A stretch of DNA of 64,000 nt from Balanoglossus misakiensis. Lineage: Eukaryota; Animalia; Hemichordata. Within the stretch, counting starts at the first letter, position 1. Every line of letters starts with the position of its first letter. The notes beneath the pieces were generated by a model that saw only the letters and a program-made list of their open reading frames with translations, did no database searches and had not been told where the DNA came from. Position numbers and translations under genes: made by a program. The stretch covers positions 8,816,894-8,880,893 of the forward strand of contig CM082589.2 of NCBI GenBank assembly GCA_040954595.2, given 5' to 3'. Below, in pieces: positions 1-15,000 of the stretch.

Positions 1-3000
1 GTATTTTCACACTTTTTGTAAGTGAAGCCTGACTGTCGCCTGTCTTAGGTCAAACACTTCATATGCGGTCTTACCCGTCATTGGCACAAACACTTCAGCC
101 TCCCAATGTAGCTATTGTATTTTCCACTTTTTGTAAGTGAAGCCTGACTGTCGCCTGTCTTAGGTCACCACTTCATAAGCGGTCTTACCTGTCATTGGCA
201 CAAACAGTCTCAGGAAGTAAGCTTTCAGCCTACCAATGAAGCTATGTTATTTTCCACTTTTTGTAAGTGAAGCCTGACTGTCGCCTGTCTTAGGTCAACA
301 CTTCATAAGCGGTCTTACCCGTCATTGCACAAACAGTCTCAGGAAGTAAGCTTTCAGCCTACCAATGTAGCTATTATATTTTCCACTTTTTGTAAGTGAA
401 GCCTGACTGTCGCCTGTCTTAGGTCACCACTTCATAAGCGGTCTTACCCGTCATTGGCACAAACAGTCTCAGGAAGTAAGCTTTCAGCCTACCAATGTAG
501 CTATGTATTTTCCACTTTTTGTAAGTGAAGCCTGACTGTCGCCTGTCTTAGGTCACCACTTCATAAGCGGTCTTACCCGTCATTGCACAAACAGTCTCAG
601 GAAGTAAGCTTTCAGCCTACCAATGTAGCTATTGTATTTTCCACTTTTTGTAAGTGAAGCCTGACTGTCGCCTGTCTTAGGTCCCCACTTCATAAGCGGT
701 CTTACCCGTCATTGGCACAAACAGCCTCAGGAAGTAAGCTTTCAGCCTACCAATGTAGCTATTGTATTTTCCACTTTTTGTAAGTGAAGCCTGACTGTCG
801 CCTGTCTTAGGTCACCACTTCATAAGCGGTCTTACCCGTCATTGGCACAAACAGTCTCAGGAAGTACGCTTTCAGCCTACCAATGTAGCTATTATATTTT
901 CCACTTTTTGTAAGTGAAAGCTGACTGTCGCCTGTCTTAGGTCACCACTTCATAAGCAGTCTCACCCGTCATTGGCACAAACAGTCTTAGGAAGTAAGCT
1001 TTCAGCCTACCAATGAAGCTATTATATTTTCCACTTTTTGTAAGTGAAGCCTGATTGTCGCCTGTCTTAGGTCACCACTTCATAAGCGGTCTTACCCGTC
1101 ATTGGCACAAACAGTCTCAGGAAGTAAGCTTTCAGCCTACCAAATGTAGCTATTGTATTTTCCACTTTTTGTAAGTGAAGCCTGACTGTCGCCTGTCTTA
1201 GGTCACCACTTCATAAGCGGTCTTACCCGTCATTGGCACAAACAGTCTCAGGAAGTAAGCTTTCAGCCTACCAATGTAGCTATTGTATTTTCCACTTTTT
1301 GTAAGTGAAGCCTGACTGTCGCCTGTCTTAGGTCACCACTTCATAAGCGGTCTTACCCGTCATTGGCACAAACAGTCTCAGAAAGTAAGCTTTTAGCCTA
1401 CCAATGTAGCTATTGTATTTTCCACTTTTTGTAAGTGAAGCCTGACTGTCGCCTGTCTTAGGTCACCACTTCATAAGCGGTCTTACCCGTCATTGGCACA
1501 AACAGTCTCAGGAAGTACGCTTTCAGCCTACCAATGTAGCTAGTATTATTTTCCACTTTTTGTAAGTGAAGCCTGACTGTCGCCTGTCTTAGGTCACCAC
1601 TTCATAAGCGGTCTCACCCGTCATTGGCACAAACAGTCTTAGGAAGTAAGCTTTCAGCCTACCAATGTAGCTATTGTATTTTCCACTTTTTGTAAGTGAA
1701 GCCTGATTGTCGCCTGTCTTAGGTCACCACTTCATAAGCGGTCTTACCCGTCATTGGCACAAACAGTCTCAGGAAGTAAGCTTTCAGCCTACCAAATGTA
1801 GCTATTGTATTTTCCACTTTTTGTAAGTGAAGCCTGACTGTCGCCTGTCTTAGGTCACCACTTCATAAGCGGTCTTACCCGTCATTGGCACAAACAGTCT
1901 CAGGAAGTAAGCTTTCAGCCTACCAATGTAGCTATTGTATTTTCCACTTTTTGTAAGTGAAGCCTGACTGTCGCCTGTCTTAGGTCACCACTTCATAAGC
2001 GGTCTTACCCGTCATTGGCACAAACAGTCTCAGAAAGTAAGCTTTTAGCCTACCAATGTAGCTATTGTATTTTCCACTTTTTGTAAGTGAAGCCCTGACT
2101 GTCGTCTGTCTTAGGTCACCACTTCATAAGCGGTCTTACCCGTCATTGGCACAAACAGTCTCAGGAAGTAAGCTTTCAGCCTACCAATGTAGCTATTGTA
2201 TTTTCCACTTTTTGTAATTGAAGCCTGACTGTCGCCTGTCTTAGGTCACCACTTCATAAGCGGTCTTACCCGTCATTGGCACAAACTGTCTCAGGAAGTA
2301 AGCTTTCAGCCTACCAATGTAGCTATTGTATTTTCCACTTTTTGTAAGTGAAGCCTGACTGTCGCCTGTCTTAGGTCACCACTTCATAAGCGGTCTTACC
2401 CGTCATTGGCACAAACTGTCTCAGGAAGTAAGCTTTCAGCCTACCAATGTAGCTATTGTATTTTCCACTTTTTGTAAGTGAAGCCTGACTGTCGCCTGTC
2501 TTAGGTCACCACTTCATAAGCGGTCTTACCCGTCATTGGCACAAACAGTCTCAGGAAGTAAGCTTTCAGCCTACCAATGTAGCTATTTATTTTCCACTTT
2601 TTGTAAGTGAAGCCTGACTGTCGCCTGTCTTAGGTCACCACTTCATAAGCGGTCTTACCCGTCATTGGCACAAACAGTCTCAGGAAGTAAGCTTTCAGCC
2701 TACCAATGTAGCTATTGTATTTTCCACTTTTTGTAAGTGAAGCCTGACTGTCGCCTGTCTTAGGTCACACTTCATAAGCGGTCTTACCCGTCATTGGCAC
2801 AAACAGTCTCAGAAGTAAGCTTTCAGCCTACCAATGTAGCTATTTTATTTTCCACTTTTTGTAATTGAAGCCTGACTGTCGCCTGTCTTAGGTCACCACT
2901 TCATAAGCGGTCTTACCCGTCATTGGCACAAACAGTCTCAGGAAGTAAGCTTTCAGCCTACCAATGTAGCTATTGTATTTTCCACTTTTTGTAAGTGAAG

Positions 3001-6000
3001 CCTGACTGTCGCCTGTCTTAGGTCACCACTTCATAAGCGGTCTTACCCGTCATTGGCACAAACAGTCTCAGGAAGTAAGCTTTCAGCCTACCAATGTAGC
3101 TATTTTATTTTCCACTTTTTGTAAGTGAAGCCTGACTGTCGCCTGTCTTAGGTCACCACTTCATAAGCGGTCTTACCCGTCATTGGCACAAACAGTCTCA
3201 GGAAGTAAGCTTTCAGTCTACCAATGTAGCTATTGTATTTTCCCACTTTTTGTAAGTGAAGCCTGACTGTCGCCTGTCTTAGGTCACCACTTCATAAGCG
3301 GTCTTACCCGTCATTGGCACAAACAGTCTCAGGAAGTAAGCTTTCAGCCTACCAATGTAGCTATTGTATTTTCACTTTTTGTAAGTGAAGCCTGACTGTC
3401 GCCTGTCTTAGGTCACCACTTCATAAGCGGTCTTACCCGTCATTGGCACAAACAGTCTCAGGAAGTAAGCTTTCAGCCTACCAATTGTAGCTATTGTATT
3501 TTCCACTTTTTGTAAGTGAAGACTGACTGTCGCCTGTCTTAGGTCAACACTTCATAAGCGGTCTTACCCGTCATTGGCACAAACAGTCTCAGGAAGTAAG
3601 CTTTCAGCCTACCAATGTAGCTATTGTATTTTCCACTTTTTGTAAGTGAAGCCTGACTGTCGCCTGTCTTAGGTCACCACTTCATAAGCGGTCTTACCCG
3701 TCATTGGCACAAACAGTCTCAGGAAGTAAGCTTTCAGCCTACCATTGTAGCTATTGTATTTTCCACTTTTTGTAAGTGAAGCCTGACTGTCGCCTGTCTT
3801 AGGTCACCACTTCATAAGCGGTCTTACCCGTCATTGGCACAAACAGTCTCAGGAAGTAAGCTTTCAGCCTACCAATGTAGCTATTGTATTTTCCACTTTT
3901 TGTAAGTGAAGCCTGACTGTCGCCTGTCTTAGGTCACCACTTCATAAGCGGTCTTACCCGTCATTGGCACAAACAGTCTCAGGAAGTAAGCTTTCAGCCT
4001 ACCAATGTAGCTATTGTATTTTCCACTTTTTGTAAGTGAAGCCTGACTGTCGCCTGTCTTAGGTCACCACTTCATAAGCGGTCTTATCCGTCATTGGCAC
4101 AAACAGTCTCAGGAAGTAAGCTTTCAGCCTACCAATGTAGCTATTGTATTTTCCACTTTTTGTAAGTGAAGCCTGACTGTCGCCTGTCTTAGGTCACCAC
4201 TTCATAAGCGGTCTTACCCGTCATTGGCACAAACAGTCTCAGGAAGTAAGCTTTCAGCCTACCAATGTAGCTATTGTATTTTCCACTTTTTGTAAGTGAA
4301 GCCTGACTGTCGCCTGTCTTAGGTCACCACTTCATAAGCGGTCTTACCCGTCATTGGCACAAACAGTCTCAGGAAGTAAGCTTTCAGCCTACCAATGTAG
4401 CTATTTTATTTTCCACTTTTTGTAAGTGAAGCCTGACTGTCGCCTGTCTTAGGTCAACACTTCATAAGCGGTCTTACCCGTCATTGGCACAAACAGTCTC
4501 AGGAAGTAAGCTTTCAGCCTACCAATGTAGCTATTGTATTTTCCACTTTTTGTAAGTGAAGCCTGACTGTCGCCTGTCTTAGGTCACCACTTCATAAGCG
4601 GTCTTACCCGTCATTGGCACAAACAGTCTCAGGAAGTAAGCTTTCAGCCTACCAATGTAGCTATTATATTTTCCACTTTTTGTAAGTGAAGCCTGACTGT
4701 CGCCTGTCTTAGGTCACCACTTCATAAGCGGTCTTACACGTCATTGGCACAAACAGTCTCAGGAAGTAAGCTTTCAGCCTACCAATGTAGCTATTATATT
4801 TTCCACTTTTTGTAAGTGAAGCCTGACTGTCGCCTGTCTTAGGTCACCACTTCATAAGCGGTCTTACCCGTCATTGGCACAAACAGTCTTAGGAAGTAAG
4901 CTTTCAGCCTACCAATGAAGCTATTGTATTTTCCACTTTTTGTAAGTGAAGCCTGACTGTCGCCTGTCTTAGGTCACCACTTCATAAGCGGTCTTACCCG
5001 TCATTGGCACAAACAGTCTCAGGAAGTAAGCTTTCAGCCTACCAATGTAGCTATTGTATTTTCCCCTTTTTGTAAGTGAAGCCTGACTGTCGCCTGTCTT
5101 AGGTCACCACTTCATAAGCGGTCTTACCCGTCATTGGCACAAACAGTCTCAGGAAGTAAGCTTTCAGCCTACCAATGTAGCTATTGTATTTTCCACTTTT
5201 TGTAAGTGAAGCCTGACTGTCGCCTGTCTTAGGTCAACACTTCATAAGCGGTCTTACCCGTCATTGGCACAAACAGTCTCAGGAAGTAAGCTTTCAGCCT
5301 ACCAATGTAGCTATTTTATTTTCCACTTTTTGTAAGTGAAGCCTGACTGTCGCCTGTCTTAGGTCAACACTTCATAAGCGGTCTTACCCGTCATTGGCAC
5401 AAACAGTCTCAGGAAGTAAGCTTTCAGCCTACCAATGTAGCTATTATATTTTCCACTTTTTGTAAGTGAAGCCTGACTGTCGCCTGTCTTAGGTCACCAC
5501 TTCATAAGCGGTCTTACCCGTCATTGGCACAAACAGTCTCAGGAAGTAAGCTTTCAGCCTACCAATGTAGCTATTATATTTTCCACTTTTTGTAAGTGAA
5601 GCCTGACTGTCGCCTGTCTTAGGTCACCACTTCATAAGCGGTCTTACCCGTCATTGGCACAAACAGTCTTAGGAAGTAAGCTTTCAGCCTACCAATGAAG
5701 CTATTGTATTTTCCACTTTTTGTAAGTGAAGCCTGACTGTCGCCTGTCTTAGGTCACCACTTCATAAACGGTCTTACCCGTCATTGGCACAAACAGTCTC
5801 AGGAAGTAAGCTTTCAGCCTACCAATGTAGCTATTGTATTTTCCACTTTTTGTAAGTGAAGCCTGACTGTCGCCTGTCTTAGGTCACCACTTCATAAGCG
5901 GTCTTACCCGTCATTGGCACAAACAGTCTCAGGAAGTAAGCTTTCAGCCTACCAATGTAGCTATTGTATTTTCCACTTTTTGTAAGTGAAGCCTGACTGT

Positions 6001-9000
6001 CGCCTGTCTTAGGTCACCACTTCATAAGCGGTCTTACCCGTCATTGGCACAAACAGTCTCAGGAAGTACGCTTTCAGCCTACCAATGTAGCTATTATATT
6101 TTCCACTTTTTGTAAGTGAAGCCTGACTGTCGCCTGTCTTAGGTCACCACTTCATAAGCGGTCTCACCCGTCATTGGCACAAACAGTCTTAGGAAGTAAG
6201 CTTTCAGCCTACCAATGAAGCTATTGTATTTTCCACTTTTTGTAAGTGAAGCCTGATTGTCGCCTGTCTTAGGTCACCACTTCATAAGCGGTCTTACCCG
6301 TCATTGGCACAAACAGTCTCAGGAAGTAAGCTTTCAGCCTACCAAATGTAGCTATTGTATTTTCCACTTTTTGTAAGTGAAGCCTGACTGTCGCCTGTCT
6401 TAGGTCACCACTTCATAAGCGGTCTTACCCGTCATTGGCACAAACAGTCTCAGGAAGTAAGCTTTCAGCCTACCAATGTAGCTATTGTATTTTCCACTTT
6501 TTGTAAGTGAAGCCTGACTGTCGCCTGTCTTAGGTCACCACTTCATAAGCGGTCTTACCCGTCATTGGCACAAACAGTCTCAGAAAGTAAGCTTTTAGCC
6601 TACCAATGTAGCTATTGTATTTTCCACTTTTTGTAAGTGAAGCCTGACTGTCGTCTGTCTTAGGTCACCACTTCATAAGCGGTCTTACCCGTCATTGGCA
6701 CAAACAGTCTCAGGAAGTAAGCTTTCAGCCTACCAATGTAGCTATTGTATTTTCCACTTTTTGTAAGTGAAGCCTGACTGTCGCCTGTCTTAGGTCACCA
6801 CTTCATAAGCGGTCTTACCCGTCATTGGCACAAACTGTCTCAGGAAGTAAGCTTTCAGCCTACCAATGTAGCTATTGTATTTTCCACTTTTTGTAAGTGA
6901 AGCCTGACTGTCGCCTGTCTTAGGTCACCACTTCATAAGCGGTCTTACCCGTCATTGGCACAAACTGTCTCAGGAAGTAAGCTTTCAGCCTACCAATGTA
7001 GCTATTGTATTTTCCACTTTTTGTAAGTGAAGCCTGACTGTCGCCTGTCTTAGGTCACCACTTCATAAGCGGTCTTACCCGTCATTGGCACAAACAGTCT
7101 CAGGAAGTAAGCTTTCAGCCTACCAATGTAGCTATAGTATTTTCCACTTTTTGTAAGTGAAGCCTGACTGTCGCCTGTCTTAGGTCACCACTTCATAAGC
7201 GGTCTTACCCGTCATTGGCACAAACAGTCTCAGGAAGTAAGCTTTCAGCCTACCAATGTAGCTATTTTATTTTCCACTTTTTGTAAGTGAAGCCTGACTG
7301 TCGCCTGTCTTAGGTCAACACTTCATAAGCGGTCTTACCCGTCATTGGCACAAACAGTCTCAGGAAGTAAGCTTTCAGCCTACCAATGTAGCTATTGTAT
7401 TTTCCACTTTTTGTAAGTGAAGCCTGACTGTCGCCTGTCTTAGGTCACCACTTCATAAGCGGTCTTACCCGTCATTGGCACAAACAGTCTCAGGAAGTAA
7501 GCTTTCAGCATACCAATGTAGCTATTTTATTTTCCACTTTTTGTAAGTGAAGCCTGACTGTCGCCTGTCTTAGGTCACCACTTCATAAGCGGTCTTACCC
7601 GTCATTGGCACAAACAGTCTCAGGAAGTAAGCTTTCAGTCTACCAATGTAGCTATTGTATTTTCCACTTTTTGTAAGTGAAGCCTGACTGTCGCCTGTCT
7701 TAGGTCACCACTTCATAAGCGGTCTTACCCGTCATTGGCACAAACAGTCTCAGGAAGTAAGCTTTCAGCCTACCAATGTAGCTATTGTATTTTTCACTTT
7801 TTGTAAGTGAAGCCTGACTGTCGCCTGTCTTAGGTCACCACTTCATAAGCGGTCTTACCCGTCATTGGCACAAACAGTCTCAGGAAGTAAGCTTTCAGCC
7901 TACCGTTGTAGCTATTGTATTTTCCACTTTTTGTAAGTGAAGACTGACTGTCGCCTGTCTTAGGTCAACACTTCATAAGCGGTCTTACCCGTCATTGGCA
8001 CAAACAGTCTCAGGAAGTAAGCTTTCAGCCTACCAATGTAGCTATTGTATTTTCCACTTTTTGTAAGTGAAGCCTGACTGTCGCCTGTCTTAGGTCACCA
8101 CTTCATAAGCGGTCTTACCCGTCATTGGCACAAACAGTCTCAGGAAGTAAGCTTTCAGCCTACCGTTGTAGCTATTGTATTTTCCACTTTTTGTAAGTGA
8201 AGCCTGACTGTCGCCTGTCTTAGGTCAACACTTCATAAGCGGTCTTACCCGTCATTGGCACAAACAGTCTCAGGAAGTAAGCTTTCAGCCTACCAATGTA
8301 GCTATTGTATTTTCCACTTTTTGTAAGTGAAGCCTGACTGTCGCCTGTCTTAGGTCACCACTTCATAAGCGGTCTTACCCGTCATTGGCACAAACAGTCT
8401 CAGGAAGTAAGCTTTCAGCCTACCAATGTAGCTATTGTATTTTCCACTTTTTGTAAGTGAAGCCTGACTGTCGCCTGTCTTAGGTCACCACTTCATAAGC
8501 GGTCTTACCCGTCATTGGCACAAACAGTCTCAGGAAGTAAGCTTTCAGCCTACCAATGTAGCTATTGTATTTTCCACTTTTTGTAAGTGAAGCCTGACTG
8601 TCGCCTGTCTTAGGTCACCACTTCATAAGCGGTCTTACCCGTCATTGGCACAAACAGTCTCAGGAAGTAAGCTTTCAGCCTACCAATGTAGCTATTGTAT
8701 TTTCCACTTTTTGTAAGTGAAGCCTGACTGTCGCCTGTCTTAGGTCACCACTTCATAAGCGGTCTTACCCGTCATTGGCACAAACAGTCTCAGGAAGTAA
8801 GCTTTCAGCCTACCAATGTAGCTATTTTATTTTCCACTTTTTGTAAGTGAAGCCTGACTGTCGCCTGTCTTAGGTCAACACTTCATAAGCGGTCTTACCC
8901 GTCATTGGCACAAACAGTCTCAGGAAGTAAGCTTTCAGCCTACCAATGTAGCTATTGTATTTTCCACTTTTTGTAAGTGAAGCCTGACTGTCGCCTGTCT

Positions 9001-12000
9001 TAGGTCACCACTTCATAAGCGGTCTTACCCGTCATTGGCACAAACAGTCTCAGGAAGTAAGCTTTCAGCCTACCAATGTAGCTATTGTATTTTCCACTTT
9101 TTGTAAGTGAAGCCTGACTGTCGCCTGTCTTAGGTCACCACTTCATAAGCGGTCTTACCCGTCATTGGCACAAACAGTCTCAGGAAGTAAGCTTTCAGCC
9201 TACCAATGTAGCTATTGTATTTTCCACTTTTTGTAAGTGAAGCCTGACTGTCGCCTGTCTTAGGTCACCACTTCATAAGCGGTCTTACCCGTCATTGGCA
9301 CAAACAGTCTCAGGAAGTAAGCTTTCAGCCTACCAATGTAGCTATTTTATTTTCCACTTTTTGTAAGTGAAGCCTGACTGTCGCCTGTCTTAGGTCACCA
9401 CTTCATAAGCGGTCTTACCCGTCATTGGCACAAACAGTCTCAGGAAGTAAGCTTTCAGCCTACCGATGTAGCTATTGTATTTTCCACTTTTTGTAAGTGA
9501 AGCCTGACTGTCGCCTGTCTTAGGTCACCACTTCATAAGCGGTCTTACCCGTCATTGGCACAAACAGTCTCAGGAAGTAAGCTTTCAGCCTACCAATGTA
9601 GCTATTATATTTTCCACTTTTTGTAAGTGAAGCCTGACTGTCGCCTGTCTTAGGTCACCACTTCATAAGCGGTCTTACCTGTCATTGGCACAAACAGTCT
9701 TAGGAAGTAAGCTTTCAGCCTACCAATGTAGCTATTGTATTTTCCACTTTTTGTAAGTGAAGCCTGACTGTCGCCTGTCTTAGGTCACCACTTCATAAGC
9801 GGTCTTACCCGTCATTGGCACAAACAGTCTCAGGAAGTAAGCTTTCAGCCTACCAATGTAGCTATTGTATTTTCCAATTTTTGTAAGTGAAGCCTGACTG
9901 TCGCCTGTCTTAGGTCACCACTTCATAAGCGGTCTTACCCGTCATTGGCACAAACAGTCTCAGGAAGTAAGCTTTCAGCCTTCCAATGTAGCTATTGTAT
10001 TTTCCACTTTTTGTAAGTGAAGCCTGACTGTCGCCTGTCTTAGGTCACCACTTCATAAGCGGTCTTATCCGTCATTGGCACAAACAGTCTCAGGAAGTAA
10101 GCTTTCAGCCTACCAATGTAGCTATTGTATTTTCCAATTTTTGTAAGTGAAGCCTGACTGTCGCCTGTCTTAGGTCACCACTTCATAAGCGGTCTTACCC
10201 GTCATTGGCACAAACAGTCCCAGGAAGTAAGCTTTCAGCCTACCAATGTAGCTATTGTATTTTCCACTTTTTGTAAGTGAAGCCTGACTGTCGCCTGTCT
10301 TAGGTCACCACTTCATAAGCGGTCTTACTTGTCATTGGCACAAACAGTCTCAGGAAGTAAGCTTTCAGCCTACCAATGAAGCTATTGTATTTTCCACTTT
10401 TTGTAAGTGAAGCCTGACTGTCGCCTGTCTTAGGTCACCACTTCATAAGCTGTCTTACCCGTCATTGGCACAAACAGTCTCAGGAAGTAAGCTTTCAGCC
10501 TACCAATGTAGCTATTGTATTTTCCACTTTTTGTAAGTGAAGCCTGACTGTCGCCTGTCTTAGGTCACCGCTTCATAAGCGGTCTTACCCGTCATTGGAA
10601 CAAACAGTCTCAGGACGTAAGCTTTCAGCCTACCAATGTAGCTATTGTATTTTCCACTTTTTGTAAGTGAAGCCTGACTGTCGCCTGTCTTAGGTCACCA
10701 CTTCATAGGCAGTCTTACCCGTCATTGGCACAAACAGTCTCAGGAAGTAAGCTTTTAGCCTACCAATGTAGCTATTGTATTTTCCACTTTTTGTAAGTGA
10801 AGCCTGACTGTCGCCTGTCTTAGGTCACCACTTCATAAGCGGTCTTACCCGTCATTGGCACAAACAGCCTCAGGAAGTAAGCTTTCAGCCTACCAATGTA
10901 GCTATTGTATTTTCCACTTTTTGTAAGTGAAGCCTGACTGTCGGCTGTCTTAGGTCACCACTTCATAAGCGGTCTTACCCGTCATTGGCACAAACAGTCT
11001 CAGGAAGTAAGCTTTCAGCCTACCAATGTAGCTATTTTATTTTCCACTTTTTGTAAGTGAAGCCTGACTGTCGCCTGTCTTAGGTCAACACTTCATAAGC
11101 GGTCTTACCCGTCATTGGCACAAACAGTCTCAGGAAGTAAGCTTTCAGCCTACCAATGTGGCTATTATATTTTCCACTTTTTGTAAGTGAAGCCTGACTG
11201 TCGCCTGTCTTAGGTCACCACTTCATAAGCGGTCTTACCCGTCATTGGCACAAACAGTCTCAGGAAGTAAGCTTTCAGCCTACCAATGTAGCTATTGTAT
11301 TTTCCACTTTTTGTAAGTGAAGCCTGACTGTCGCCTGTCTTAGGTCACCACTTCATAAGCGGTCTTACCCGTCATTGGCACAAACAGTCCCAGGAAGTAA
11401 GCTTTCAGCCTACCAATGTAGCTATTGTATTTTCCACTTTTTGTAAGTGAAGCCTGACTGTCGCCTGTCTTAGGTCACCACTTCATAAGCGGTCTTACTT
11501 GTCATTGGCACAAACAGTCTCAGGAAGTAAGCTTTCAGCCTACCAATGAAGCTATTGTATTTTCCACTTTTTGTAAGTGAAGCCTGACTGTCGCCTGTCT
11601 TAGGTCACCACTTCATAAGCTGTCTTACCCGTCATTGGCACAAACAGTCTCAGGAAGTAAGCTTTCAGCCTACCAATGTAGCTATTGTATTTTCCACTTT
11701 TTGTAAGTGAAGCCTGACTGTCGCCTGTCTTAGGTCACCGCTTCATAAGCGGTCTTACCCGTCATTGGAACAAACAGTCTCAGGACGTAAGCTTTCAGCC
11801 TACCAATGTAGCTATTGTATTTTCCACTTTTTGTAAGTGAAGCCTGACTGTCGCCTGTCTTAGGTCACCACTTCATAGGCAGTCTTACCCGTCATTGGCA
11901 CAAACAGTCTCAGGAAGTAAGCTTTTAGCCTACCAATGTAGCTATTGTATTTTCCACTTTTTGTAAGTGAAGCCTGACTGTCGCCTGTCTTAGGTCACCA

Positions 12001-15000
12001 CTTCATAAGCGGTCTTACCCGTCATTGGCACAAACAGCCTCAGGAAGTAAGCTTTCAGCCTACCAATGTAGCTATTGTATTTTCCACTTTTTGTAAGTGA
12101 AGCCTGACTGTCGGCTGTCTTAGGTCACCACTTCATAAGCGGTCTTACCCGTCATTGGCACAAACAGTCTCAGGAAGTAAGCTTTCAGCCTACCAATGTA
12201 GCTATTTTATTTTCCACTTTTTGTAAGTGAAGCCTGACTGTCGCCTGTCTTAGGTCAACACTTCATAAGCAGTCTTACCCGTCATTGGCACAAACAGTCT
12301 CAGGAAGTAAGCTTTCAGCCTACCAATGTGGCTATTATATTTTCCACTTTTTGTAAGTGAAGCCTGACTGTCGCCTGTCTTAGGTCACCACTTCATAAGC
12401 GGTCTTACCCGTCATTGGCACAAACAGTCTCAGGAAGTAAGCTTTCAGCCTACCAATGTAGCTATTGTATTTTCCACTTTTTGTAAGTGAAGCCTGACTG
12501 TCGCCTGTCTTAGGTCACCACTTCATAAGCGGTCTTACCTGTCATTGGCACAAACAGTCTCAGGAAGTAAGCTTTCAGCCTACCAATGTAGCTATTGTAT
12601 TTTCCACTTTTTGTAATTGAAGCCTGACTGTCGCCTGTCTTAGGTCACCACTTCATAAGCGGTCTTACCCGTCATTGGCACAAACAGTCTCAGGAAGTAA
12701 GCTTTCAGCCTACCATTGAAGCTATTGTATTTTCTACTTTTTGTAAGTGAAGCCTGACTGTCGCCTGTCTTAGGTCACCACTTCATAAGCGGTCTTACCC
12801 GTCATTGGCACAAACAGTCTCAGGAAGTAAGCTTTCAGCCTACCAATGTAGCTATTGTATTTTCCACTTTTTGTAAGTGAAGCCTGACTGTCGCCTGTCT
12901 TAGGTCACCGCTTCATAAGCGGTCTTACCCGTCATTGGAACAAACAGTCTCAGGACGTAAGCTTTCAGCCTACCAATGTAGCTATTGTATTTTCCACTTT
13001 TTGTAAGTGAAGCCTGACTGTCGCCTGTCTTAGGTCACCACTTCATAAGCAGTCTTACCCGTCATTGGCACAAACAGTCTCAGGAAGTAAGCTTTCAGCC
13101 TACCAATGTAGCTATTGTATTTTCCACTTTTTGTAAGTGAAGCCTGACTGTCGCCTGTCTTAGGTCACCACTTCATAAGCGGTCATACCCGTCATTGGCA
13201 CAAACAGTCTCAGGAAGTAAGCTTTCAGCCTACCAATGTAGCTATTGTATTTTCCACTTTTTGTAAGTGAATCCTGACTGTCGCCTGTCTTAGGTCACCA
13301 CTTCATAAGCGGTCTTACCCGTCATTGGCACAAACAGTCTCAGGAAGTAAGCTTTCAGCCTACCAATGTAGCTATTTTATTTTCCACTTTTTGTAAGTGA
13401 AGCCTGACTGTCGCCTGTCTTAGGTCACCACTTCATAAGCGGTCTTACCCGTCATTGGCACAAACAGTCAAGGAAGTAAGCTTTCAGCCTACCAATGTAG
13501 CTATTATATTTTCCACTTTTTGTAAGTGAAGCCTGACTGTCGCCTGTCTTAGGTCACCACTTCATAGGCAGTCTTACCCGTCATTGGCACAAACAGTCTC
13601 AGGAAGTAAGCTTTTAGCCTACCAATGTAGCTATTGTATTTTCCACTTTTTGTAAGTGAAGCCTGACTGTCGCCTGTCTTAGGTCACCACTTCATAAGCG
13701 GTCTTACCCGTCATTGGCACAAACAGCCTCAGGAAGTAAGCTTTCAGCCTACCAATGTAGCTATTGTATTTTCCACTTTTTGTAAGTGAAGCCTGACTGT
13801 CGGCTGTCTTAGGTCACCACTTCATAAGCGGTCTTACCCGTCATTGGCACAAACAGTCTCAGGAAGTAAGCTTTCAGCCTACCAATGTAGCTATTTTATT
13901 TTCCACTTTTTGTAAGTGAAGCCTGACTGTCGCCTGTCTTAGGTCAACACTTCATAAGCGGTCTTACCCGTCATTGGCACAAACAGTCTCAGGAAGTAAG
14001 CTTTCAGCCTACCAATGTGGCTATTATATTTTCCACTTTTTGTAAGTGAAGCCTGACTGTCGCCTGTCTTAGGTCACCACTTCATAAGCGGTCTTACCCG
14101 TCATTGGCACAAACAGTCTCAGGAAGTAAGCTTTCAGCCTACCAATGTAGCTATTGTATTTTCCACTTTTTGTAAGTGAAGCCTGACTGTCGCCTGTCTT
14201 AGGTCACCACTTCATAAGCGGTCTTACCCGTCATTGGCACAAACAGTCCCAGGAAGTAAGCTTTCAGCCTACCAATGTAGCTATTGTATTTTCCACTTTT
14301 TGTAAGTGAAGCCTGACTGTCGCCTGTCTTAGGTCACCACTTCATAAGCGGTCTTACTTGTCATTGGCACAAACAGTCTCAGGAAGTAAGCTTTCAGCCT
14401 ACCAATGAAGCTATTGTATTTTCCACTTTTTGTAAGTGAAGCCTGACTGTCGCCTGTCTTAGGTCACCACTTCATAAGCTGTCTTACCCGTCATTGGCAC
14501 AAACAGTCTCAGGAAGTAAGCTTTCAGCCTACCAATGTAGCTATTGTATTTTCCACTTTTTGTAAGTGAAGCCTGACTGTCGCCTGTCTTAGGTCACCGC
14601 TTCATAAGCGGTCTTACCCGTCATTGGAACAAACAGTCTCAGGACGTAAGCTTTCAGCCTACCAATGTAGCTATTGTATTTTCCACTTTTTGTAAGTGAA
14701 GCCTGACTGTCGCCTGTCTTAGGTCACCACTTCATAGGCAGTCTTACCCGTCATTGGCACAAACAGTCTCAGGAAGTAAGCTTTTAGCCTACCAATGTAG
14801 CTATTGTATTTTCCACTTTTTGTAAGTGAAGCCTGACTGTCGCCTGTCTTAGGTCACCACTTCATAAGCGGTCTTACCCGTCATTGGCACAAACAGCCTC
14901 AGGAAGTAAGCTTTCAGCCTACCAATGTAGCTATTGTATTTTCCACTTTTTGTAAGTGAAGCCTGACTGTCGGCTGTCTTAGGTCACCACTTCATAAGCG

